Below, in pieces: positions 1 to 7,880 of a stretch of DNA of 18,580 nucleotides. The translations under genes and the position numbers were made by a program. Origin of the DNA: Thermoproteota archaeon (GTDB lineage: Archaea > Thermoproteota > Thermoprotei > Thermoproteales > Thermocladiaceae); contig JAADER010000051.1 of assembly GCA_013153275.1 (NCBI GenBank), positions 1 through 18,580 on the forward strand. The letters run 5' to 3'. Within the stretch, counting starts at the first letter, position 1. Each line of letters opens with the position of its first letter. Below the pieces are notes generated by a model. That model had not been told where the DNA came from. It worked only from the letters and a program-made list of their open reading frames with translations, and did no database searches.

Positions 1-1145
1 ATATGTTTTGCTCTTTCTTTTAGTTTTTTCTCTATCTTTTTTGGTGTTTCTGTTTTCCATGTGGGTATGTATTCTACTTTTCTGAGGTATTCGAAGAAGT
101 ATCTTCGGGATCTTTCTGCGTATTTTTCTATTGTTTCTTCTGTTCCTGTTTTGTAGATGTTTTCTATTTGTTTTATTTTTTCTATTACTTCTTGTTTTGT
201 GTGTCTGTATGAGTATAGTCCTAGTCTTATTATGTCGTCTGTGTTTTGTACTGTTTCTGATAGTCCTATTTCTGAGTAGTATCGTAGTAGTTTGTTCATT
301 GATTTTAGTATTGGTTGTATGTCTATGTTTGTTTTCTCGCATAGCCATATGTGAAGTATGTGGCATACTGATGATGCGTATGGGCATAGCATGCAGGATG
401 TTCTTGGTGCTCCGTATTCATACATTCCGTGTACTATATCGTATAGTTGACATATGTAGAATACGTCGCTCTCTGAGAGGTATAGTACTGGGTTTATTTT
501 TCTTGGGAATATTATTCTGCTTCCGTAGAGTGATCTTAGTCTTTTTATTGATTCGAACATTCTCTCGCATTCTGCATATACTATATTTTCTTTAGGGAAC
601 TTTTTCAGGAACTTCTTTATGCTTCCCATCTTTATTGCTCTACACCATTTTTCCTGTAGTGTTGGGTATCCTATTGTCTCTAGCTTCTCTAGTATCTGTT
701 GTCTTGGTACCTGTATTATGTATAGGAATTCTCCAAACTTTGATATGAATCTGTCTGCGAGGTATAGTATAGGGTCCTCTAGTATTGGCATGTATGTGAA
801 GACTGCTAGAGGGCTGTATCTTATTATGTCTCTATTCCATAGTTCGTAGAGTATTGCGAATCCTGCTGCGCTGTCTTTTCCCATGCTACATGCGAGTATT
901 ATCTTCTTTTCACGTACATGTTCTTCCTCTTTTATATGTTTTGCTAGGAACTCTATATATAGTTCATAGTCTTCTTTATTATCTATTGTCTTATAGTCTG
1001 CAAGTTTTATAAATTCTCTATATACTGGGTCTATGATGTCGAGACCTTGCTCGGCTCTTACTACGGTGTTTCTGTCTTTTACTACGTATATATGTTCCCC
1101 TATGTCGTCTTTTATATATTCTAGATGTGATTTAGAGAACCTCAT
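1..1145 (-). CDS. PP-loop ATP pyrophosphatase of the PAPS-reductase family (DndC/IbrA-like). The 3' end is cut by the window edge. Not in the supplied ORF track.
   Basis: I hand-translated the minus strand from ATG 1145..1143. It stays open for 381 codons to the window edge: MRFSKSHLEYIKDDIGEHIYVVKDRNTVVRAEQGLDIIDPVYREF...KKIILACSMGKDSAAGFAILYELW...LQEKWCRAIKMGSIKKF...YGAPRTSCMLCPYASS... SMGKDS is a variant of the PP-loop SGGxDS. The WCR..K and R..C..CP motifs fit the PF01507 DndC-like group. The + strand ORFs 131..595 and 619..849 are low-complexity shadows of this gene. Confidence 0.75.
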   Translation of the reverse strand, partial: MRFSKSHLEYIKDDIGEHIYVVKDRNTVVRAEQGLDIIDPVYREFIKLADYKTIDNKEDYELYIEFLAKHIKEEEHVREKKIILACSMGKDSAAGFAILYELWNRDIIRYSPLAVFTYMPILEDPILYLADRFISKFGEFLYIIQVPRQQILEKLETIGYPTLQEKWCRAIKMGSIKKFLKKFPKENIVYAECERMFESIKRLRSLYGSRIIFPRKINPVLYLSESDVFYICQLYDIVHGMYEYGAPRTSCMLCPYASSVCHILHIWLCEKTNIDIQPILKSMNKLLRYYSEIGLSETVQNTDDIIRLGLYSYRHTKQEVIEKIKQIENIYKTGTEETIEKYAERSRRYFFEYLRKVEYIPTWKTETPKKIEKKLKERAKH

Positions 1146-1146
1146 C

Positions 1147-2571
<1,425 letters not shown>

Positions 2572-2575
<4 letters not shown>

Positions 2576-3123
2576 GATGGAACCCTCACAGAGAGGTACC
2601 TGGTGCCTCCATAGTAGTATAGGAGCTCGACGTCTCTCCAAGTGTCTCTGAACTTGTCTTCCTGAACCATACACTCGACGACCTCTCCAACGATTATCCT
2701 GTGGTCGCCTCCCTCGTAGTCTCTCCAGAGCTTGCATCCGATTATTGCTAGACAACCTTCTATTCCTGGAGTCTTTATCTTGCTGAGCTTCACTAGTTTT
2801 ATTCCTTTCTGCTCTAGCTTCTCTATCTTGTTCTCGTCTCTTCCTGACACTGAGCCACAGTAGTCTGCTATCTCCTCATGTTGAGGACCTAGCACACATA
2901 TTGTGAACTCTGGATTCGTTTTCAAGCACTCGTAGGTGAACCTGCGTGGGGATATTGCGACAGCTATTCGTGGAGGGATCCTGGAGACGGGCATGATCCA
3001 GCATGCTGTCATTGCGTTGTATCCGCCGCCAGGTTTCTGTGTTATTATGAGAGTGACGATGCTCGGCATGAGAAGGTAGCAGGCCTGTGACGGGTGTAGG
3101 GACAGGTATTTCATCTCTACCAC
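2572..3123 (-). CDS. flavin reductase-like (FMN-binding split-barrel) domain protein
   Basis: 183 aa. The pattern YNAMTACWIMPVSRIPPRIAVAISPRRFTYECL...FTICVL...DHRIIVGEVV is typical of the PF01613 flavin reductase/flavoredoxin family. The start is GTG at 3123, with an alternative ATG at 3114. Confidence 0.85.
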
Positions 3124-3150
3124 ACCTCTTCTAGGTAATCTACGTGAGAT

Positions 3151-3162
3151 TATTTATAAAAG
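3151..3162. promoter_or_regulatory. shared palindromic TATA box (TTTATAAA) serving divergent genes
   Basis: The perfect palindrome TTTATAAA lies at 3153..3160 within TATTTATAAAAG. Its centre is about 29 nt from GTG 3186 on the + strand and about 33 nt from GTG 3123 on the - strand. That spacing is consistent with archaeal TATA at about -26/-27 and near-leaderless mRNAs in both directions. Confidence 0.55.
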
Positions 3163-3185
3163 ATTCCGCCAATGTTTCTACTTGA

Positions 3186-4166
3186 GTGCCAGGTCATAGG
3201 GTACACGTGAGGTGGAGTAAGATTCTTACGGGCAAGGCGAGGCCAGACATAGATGAGTTCCTGGACCAGTTTATAAAAGATATCGATGAGAACATCCTGA
3301 AAGACTGCATAGAGCACTGCAGAGAGAACATAGAGAGAAGTAGAGAGCATATAGAGACTCTGATAGACTTTTACGAGGAAAAACTTGAGGTAACACCCAC
3401 AAGATACATGCTCGGCTACCTCCTCTACTCATACCTAGACGTTACAGAACAGATAAAGCTAGCAAAACTCAAGATGAGAACACACGACTCCTGGAGACTC
3501 TTTGACCCATGTATCGTGCTGAGCTACATGAGTAAGAAGTATGGTAAGGAGGGAGTAGAGATAACCGTGGTACATATGATACTTGACGAGATAGCTAGGC
3601 TGAGCAGGATAAGTTTCACGGATGCGAGAAAAGGTGTCGAGATTATGGTGAATTTTCTCAGAGATGTGGCGTCAGAATATGGTCTAGATGAGATCTTTTC
3701 AAAAATTAGAAGCAATATGAAGGATATGATCTTCGACGTCGCGTTCAGCATAGGGATAAACTTCAGATCCTGGACCCCTATCAGACATATACTCGTAGTG
3801 AGAGGGGAGAAAGCAGATAGAATTGTACGAGAAAGGCTAGGCAACGGCTTGGAGATCTACTCCGTGAATGAGCTGGGTCCTGATAAGAGCATGAGCATTG
3901 TGAGAATGGTAAGAGAGTTCTCTAGGAGATGTAAGGTACGTGTAAGACTGAGGTATAATCCTGTCAGTGGTCTAGTAGAGCTTGATCATGGTAAGCTTCT
4001 TGTAGTAGAGCTTAAGACTGGAAAGGGAGCACATGTAGTCGTATTCCCACACATAGTAAACCTATACTCGATCGGCGACGTACAGGTCAACATAGAGGAC
4101 TACGTTAGGGATCTCGCCGTGATGAGACCGGGATCGATGAGAGATGATTTAAAAGGTGGACACTGA
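3186..4166 (+). CDS. hypothetical protein: N-terminal helical region plus C-terminal PD-(D/E)xK nuclease-like core
   Basis: 326-aa ORF with a GTG start correctly spaced from the TATA box. The C-terminus reads SIVRMVREFSRR-KVRVRLRY-NPVSGLVELD-HGKLLVVELKTGKG-...PHIVNLY. This matches the helix-E / beta / D / ExK (vvElKtG) / xxxY layout of Cas4/RecB-type PD-(D/E)xK nucleases. I recognise no family for the N-terminal ~230 aa. Confidence 0.7.
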   Translation: MPGHRVHVRWSKILTGKARPDIDEFLDQFIKDIDENILKDCIEHCRENIERSREHIETLIDFYEEKLEVTPTRYMLGYLLYSYLDVTEQIKLAKLKMRTHDSWRLFDPCIVLSYMSKKYGKEGVEITVVHMILDEIARLSRISFTDARKGVEIMVNFLRDVASEYGLDEIFSKIRSNMKDMIFDVAFSIGINFRSWTPIRHILVVRGEKADRIVRERLGNGLEIYSVNELGPDKSMSIVRMVREFSRRCKVRVRLRYNPVSGLVELDHGKLLVVELKTGKGAHVVVFPHIVNLYSIGDVQVNIEDYVRDLAVMRPGSMRDDLKGGH

Positions 4167-4174
4167 GCCTCTAG

Positions 4175-4230
4175 CTTAGTGATGAGTTGGGCCTCAGTGA
4201 AGGGTGATCGAGCCGATTTGCACTGATCAT
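4175..4230 (+). ncRNA. C/D box sRNA candidate (2'-O-methylation guide)
   Basis: C box GUGAUGA at 4179..4185. An 11-12 nt spacer (guugggccuca) follows. D' is degenerate (GUGA at 4197..4200, or UGAA). C' is GUGAUCG at 4204..4210. A 12-nt spacer (agccgauuugca, 4211..4222) precedes D box CUGA at 4223..4226. Box-to-box length is 48 nt. The candidate begins 12 nt after the stop of the 326-aa ORF and ends flush with the stop of the convergent membrane gene. Confidence 0.6.
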
Positions 4231-4730
4231 TTTGAGAAGACTATCGTTATCGCATACACTATCAGTGTGGTCACTATACCTGCAAAGAATGCTCTCCCCT
4301 TGCTCATGTTTACAAGTCTTACTAGACCGATGGCTATGAGAGATCCTGAGAAGATTACTCCGAGGATGAGGTAGAGTATCTTCTCTAGAAGTATGGAGGG
4401 TGTCCCAAAGATGCTCATGTATAGTAGCGAGGACTCGTATAGTGAGTAGCCGTAGAACGCTAGTCCTGATGATGAGATCACGTCTAACATGATTGCTGAC
4501 TGTCTCATAAATTTAAGTATTATAGCCAAGATTATGGTTATCAACATCCATATAAGTATTGTAAGTCCTATCACTATTGGAGGAGTCATGTATATGACCG
4601 TGCTAGTAGATACTTGAGCCTCCCTCGCTATCTCACTTATGTACCTTGGTGTTAGTATTTCTACTGTCTTGACTATTATGTAAGATATTGGTCCAAATAT
4701 GGACACTACTCTCAGTGCTCTCTTATCCAT
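4227..4730 (-). CDS. small integral membrane protein (about 4 hydrophobic segments), unknown function
   Basis: 167 aa with several ~20-aa hydrophobic stretches (PPIVIGLTILIWMLITIILAIILKF, ILYLILGVIFSGSLIAIGLV, FFAGIVTTLIVYAITIVF). I recognise no family motif. Confidence 0.7.
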   Translation of the reverse strand: MDKRALRVVSIFGPISYIIVKTVEILTPRYISEIAREAQVSTSTVIYMTPPIVIGLTILIWMLITIILAIILKFMRQSAIMLDVISSSGLAFYGYSLYESSLLYMSIFGTPSILLEKILYLILGVIFSGSLIAIGLVRLVNMSKGRAFFAGIVTTLIVYAITIVFSK

Positions 4731-4752
4731 TCTCTGAGTACATACATGTTCC

Positions 4753-4772
4753 TAGTATTAAGGATTATATTT
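4753..4772. promoter_or_regulatory. back-to-back TATA-like elements for the divergent membrane-protein and helicase genes
   Basis: ATTATATTT at 4764..4772 is centred about 26 nt upstream of GTG 4794. TTAATA on the minus strand (about 4754..4763) is centred about 27 nt upstream of ATG 4730. Confidence 0.4.
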
Positions 4773-4793
4773 CTCTGTCAGCGTCTCTAGTGT

Positions 4794-7100
4794 GTGGGCA
4801 TTAACGAGAGGATGCTAAAGATATTTAGGGAAGTTTCTGCTGATTCTTTTCTTAGAGAGCTCTCTAGTGATTCTGCTAGGAGTATAGTGTACATATATGT
4901 TGAGCATCCTGTCGAGCCGGAGTACGGCCCGCCTGTGGAGGAGGCTTGCCTCCCACGTGGTCTCGTGGAGCTCCTCAAGAGAAGAGGAATTGAACGTTTC
5001 CTCAAGTACCAGTGGGAGGCATATCAACACATAGTCAAAGGTGAGGACGTCGTGATAGTCTCAGGAACAGGTACAGGGAAGACAGAGGCCTTCATACTGC
5101 CTATAATACATGTTCTCAGCAGGGATCCACCTGACGCGAGAGGCATATGTCTGATAATGTATCCGACGAAGGCTCTCGCCAGAGATCAGTACGTACGTAT
5201 AAGAGAGTACGTTTCTGCAGCAGATATGAGAGTTGAAGTGTATGATGGTGATACGCCAGAGGATGTGAGACGTCGCATATATGCTGAGCCTCCAGAGATC
5301 CTTCTCACTAATCCAGACATGCTGCATTACGCTCTCATGTATGTTGACAAGTTTAGAAGCATGTTACCAAGGGTCAGGTTTGTTGTGTTAGATGACTTCC
5401 ACATGTATGAGGGAGTATTTGGAACTCACGTTCACTATGTACTACGTAGACTCTCAAGATTCTGCAACAAGCTACAGTATGTTGCTACGAGTGCTACAAT
5501 AGGCAATCCAGAGGAGTTCGCCTCACTGATGTTTAGAAGATCCTGTAAGGTCATAAGAGGAGTCACAGGTAGAAGAGGCCTCGTTAAGCATCTCTTACTG
5601 AAGAGCAAGAGAACCAAGATTCAGGAAGCTGTTGAGCTGGTAAAACTGTGCGTGAGATCTGGTAAGAGAGGTATAGTCTTTGCGGATAGTCATAGGCTCG
5701 TCGAGCTTATTAAGAGACTCCTAGACAGAGCCGGACTTGGGAGCCTTGTTGCAGTCCATAGAGCTGGACTTCGTCCGGAGGAGCGTGCGGAGATTGAAGA
5801 TAAGTTTAGAGAGGGTAAGTTGATATTCATAATAGCTACACCTACCTTAGAGATAGGGATCGATATTGGTAACATAGATATTGCAATAATGGCTACAGTT
5901 CCACCAAGCTATATTAGATATCTACAGAGAAGTGGGAGAGTAGGCAGAAGAGGACAGGTATCATATGTGATACAGATCCTCGGTAACGATCCAATAAGCT
6001 CATACTTTGAGAACTATCCGGAAGAGTTCTATAACAGGTCTCCAGAGCCTCTCTATATTGATCCTCGAAACGTCGAGCTGGCTAGGCTTCACATACTTGC
6101 AATGTGTGAGGACGCTCCAATAAAGTTGACGGAGCTTGACGACTTTGAGTACTGTGTTGCCATGAGTCTAGTGGACGAGGGTCTACTGAGAATCGTTCAC
6201 GACAAGTATCTGTATCTCACTGAGGAGGGTAGGAGAGTTGTGAGGAGACTTAGAAGTCTTAGAGGGATGGGTGACAAGGTCGAGATCTACCTTAAGGACA
6301 GCAAGAAGAAAATTGGTGAGAGAGAGCTTCCTATAGCTATCAGAGAGCTCTTTCCTGGTGCAATATATCTTCATGGAGGGAGAACATATAAGGTCGTGGA
6401 GTTGAAGCTAGATGAGAGGAGAGCGTACGTTGTCAGGATACCTGATGAGGAGGTGAACTATATCACCATAGCCCTATACACCTCTATTCCTCATATTGAG
6501 AGAGTAGTAGAGAGAGGAAATGTATTAGGAATATCTTATCAGTATGTTGAGCTCACTATAGAGGAGAGAGTTGAAGGATATATAGTTAAGGACATGTATG
6601 GTAGCCGAATAATTAGAGAGGAGTACCTTGATGAGGAGATCTCTTACAGGTTCAGGACGAAGGGTCTAATATTGTACATGCCTCTCATATCGTTCTCAAG
6701 GATAGAGCCTCTAGATCATATTGAGAGAGCTAAGGCTTACCATGCTGTAGAACATGCTCTGATAATAGCTTCTCAGATCAGCATTGGTGCGGGGCAGACA
6801 GATCTTGGAGGTATCTCATATCCTACAGGAGAGATAGTAATATATGATGGACATCTAGGAGGGTCAGGACTCTGTCGACAGCTTGCTAATAGGCTTAGAG
6901 AGACAATAGAGATAGCGTACAAGATAGTTAAGAACTGTAAATGCTATGATGGATGTCCTAAATGCATATTCTCGCCCTACTGTGGAAACAATAATAAATA
7001 TCTGTCACGTAGGAATGCTGCGAGGGTTCTAGAACACGTGCTGAAGGGTGAGAGAGCTGTTGAGCGTGAGCTTCCTATTCATGTTAAGGGTTACGTGTGA
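4794..7100 (+). CDS. SF2 DEAD/DEAH-box helicase with C-terminal DUF1998 (MrfA/YprA-type, COG1205) zinc-cluster domain
   Basis: 768 aa. Motif I is SGTGTGKTEAF, motif II is VVLDDFH (DDFH instead of DExH), motif III is TSATIGNP, and motif VI is LQRSGRVGRRG. The C-terminus reads YHAVEHALI...DLGGISYP...YDGHLGGSGL...CKCYDGCPKCIFSPYCGNNNKYLSRRNA, which is the DUF1998 Cys-cluster signature. The start is GTG 4794 or ATG 4812. Confidence 0.9.
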   Translation: MGINERMLKIFREVSADSFLRELSSDSARSIVYIYVEHPVEPEYGPPVEEACLPRGLVELLKRRGIERFLKYQWEAYQHIVKGEDVVIVSGTGTGKTEAFILPIIHVLSRDPPDARGICLIMYPTKALARDQYVRIREYVSAADMRVEVYDGDTPEDVRRRIYAEPPEILLTNPDMLHYALMYVDKFRSMLPRVRFVVLDDFHMYEGVFGTHVHYVLRRLSRFCNKLQYVATSATIGNPEEFASLMFRRSCKVIRGVTGRRGLVKHLLLKSKRTKIQEAVELVKLCVRSGKRGIVFADSHRLVELIKRLLDRAGLGSLVAVHRAGLRPEERAEIEDKFREGKLIFIIATPTLEIGIDIGNIDIAIMATVPPSYIRYLQRSGRVGRRGQVSYVIQILGNDPISSYFENYPEEFYNRSPEPLYIDPRNVELARLHILAMCEDAPIKLTELDDFEYCVAMSLVDEGLLRIVHDKYLYLTEEGRRVVRRLRSLRGMGDKVEIYLKDSKKKIGERELPIAIRELFPGAIYLHGGRTYKVVELKLDERRAYVVRIPDEEVNYITIALYTSIPHIERVVERGNVLGISYQYVELTIEERVEGYIVKDMYGSRIIREEYLDEEISYRFRTKGLILYMPLISFSRIEPLDHIERAKAYHAVEHALIIASQISIGAGQTDLGGISYPTGEIVIYDGHLGGSGLCRQLANRLRETIEIAYKIVKNCKCYDGCPKCIFSPYCGNNNKYLSRRNAARVLEHVLKGERAVERELPIHVKGYV

Positions 7101-7157
7101 TCAGCCTGACGACCTATCATCAGTTTTATTCAGTGGTCGACAGATTCATCACAAGTA
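7097..7157 (-). ncRNA. C/D box sRNA (canonical dual-guide architecture)
   Basis: The minus strand reads 5'-uacuu GUGAUGA aucugucgacca CUGA auaaaa CUGAUGA uaggucgucagg CUGA ucac-3'. The C box is at 7152..7146 and the D box at 7104..7101. Both guide spacers are exactly 12 nt. The element starts 11 nt after the eS24 stop and ends flush with the helicase stop codon (7098..7100). Confidence 0.85.
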
Positions 7158-7163
7158 TCTTAC

Positions 7164-7568
7164 CTACTTCTTTTTCTTCTTTCTCTGCGCCTTCTTCTGT
7201 CTTATCTCCTCTCTAAGCTTCTGTGCCTCCTCTTTAGGCATGTTTCTGAGCTGTATGTAGAGGGGCTCTATTCTTCTACCTATCTCAGGATTATCATACA
7301 CGTGTACCTCTACTCTGCTTTTTCCCCACCCGAACTCGGTGTACACGTGTCGTATATATACTCTGTCTACATCTACTCCAAGCATCTCAGCTATCTTCTG
7401 TCTAAGCTCTAGCCTGTTAGGTGTTGGGAGACCTACATGCCATACCTCTATTATGAGCTCTCTACGCCATAAGAGAGCGTTTCTCCTATCCTGCGAGATC
7501 CTAATTACCACCTTCCCAGGCTCGACGCCCTCTGGAAGTATCTTAGCAAGATTCTCAGGAATCGACAT
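7164..7568 (-). CDS. rps24e: 30S ribosomal protein S24e (eS24)
   Basis: NALLWRRELIIEVWHVGLPTPNRLELRQKIAEMLGVDVDRVYIRHVYTEFGWGKSRVEVHVYDNPEIGRRIEPLYIQLRN matches the S24e family pattern, and the protein has a Lys-rich tail. The ORF extends to GTG 7589. I prefer ATG 7568 because a TATA-like box at 7593..7600 would put the transcription start at about 7570. Confidence 0.9.
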   Translation of the reverse strand: MSIPENLAKILPEGVEPGKVVIRISQDRRNALLWRRELIIEVWHVGLPTPNRLELRQKIAEMLGVDVDRVYIRHVYTEFGWGKSRVEVHVYDNPEIGRRIEPLYIQLRNMPKEEAQKLREEIRQKKAQRKKKKK

Positions 7569-7591
7569 CAGAAGGGTCTCAGCTAGCACGG

Positions 7592-7601
7592 TCTTAAAAG
7601 C
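7592..7601 (-). promoter_or_regulatory. TATA-like box for the eS24 (+ sRNA) transcription unit
   Basis: The minus strand reads GCTTTTAAGA, centred about 28 nt upstream of ATG 7568. Confidence 0.4.
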
Positions 7602-7616
7602 GTTTTGTTACCATGG

Positions 7617-7850
7617 TCATGGGACATCTATAGCATAGATCCCCTTCCTAGTTATTCCGAGAGCCTTAGCAAGGGCAGATTTCTCAGGATCTATCACTAT
7701 TATGAGACCATACCACTCCTCTGAGAAGTCCGTGCCACCGCAGTATGGACATTTCTGCTCAGTCTCAGGTATGACTGCCTTACAGTTCCTACATGCCTTA
7801 TATCCTGGAAGCGCTCTCTTTCTGCCTCTCCTTCTTGCTGATGTCGACAT
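7617..7850 (-). CDS. spt4: transcription elongation factor Spt4 / RNA polymerase subunit E''
   Basis: 77 aa. It has a zinc ribbon (CRNC...CPYC) followed by FSEEWYGLIIVIDPEKSALAKALGITRKGIYAI, the Spt4/RpoE2 signature. There is a basic N-terminal extension of about 17 aa. Confidence 0.9.
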   Translation of the reverse strand: MSTSARRRGRKRALPGYKACRNCKAVIPETEQKCPYCGGTDFSEEWYGLIIVIDPEKSALAKALGITRKGIYAIDVP

Positions 7851-7870
7851 TGTATGCTAGACCTGTGCGA

Positions 7871-7880
7871 GATATTTTAC
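7871..7880 (-). promoter_or_regulatory. TATA box for spt4 (leaderless)
   Basis: The minus strand reads TAAAATAT at 7879..7872, centred about 26 nt upstream of ATG 7850. It overlaps the rpo7 stop codon. Confidence 0.45.

Noticed and set aside
131-849. + strand ORFs 131..595 (154 aa) and 619..849 (76 aa)
   Set aside because: Their translations are extreme Leu/Phe/Cys/Val low-complexity sequence (MFLLFLFCRCFLF...). They lie antisense to a motif-bearing, stop-free minus-strand frame, so they are shadow ORFs of the A-rich PP-loop gene.
1-1145. Calling the AT-rich left end a mobile element or integrated virus
   Set aside because: No integrase, transposase, terminal repeat or att-like duplication is visible in the window. 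The gene starts 1 nt after the pcm stop, as part of an operon. Only the compositional anomaly supports a foreign origin, so I report it as a finding and not as a mobile_element feature.
2576-2755. 60-aa N-terminal extension of the TatD ORF (MSSNNRMQALERLRGRRPQDNRW...)
   Set aside because: It is Arg-rich junk that overlaps the 3' end of the flavin reductase gene in another frame. The conserved TatD N-terminus (DAHCHL) starts just after ATG 2575, and that ATG forms a classic ATGA overlap with the upstream stop.
3186-3500. An HD-phosphohydrolase reading of the N-terminus of the 326-aa ORF (GHRVH ... THDSW)
   Set aside because: The H...HD spacing of about 90 aa is much longer than in canonical HD domains, and I could not identify a downstream conserved Asp. 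The evidence is too weak to call.
4466-4499. Additional UGAUGA-like hits at 368, 4466, 6442 and 6628 on the + strand, and at 8121, 8656 and 11301 on the - strand, as possible further C/D sRNAs
   Set aside because: All lie inside coding regions. None has a CUGA D box, or a D'/C' pair, at the required ~12-nt spacings.
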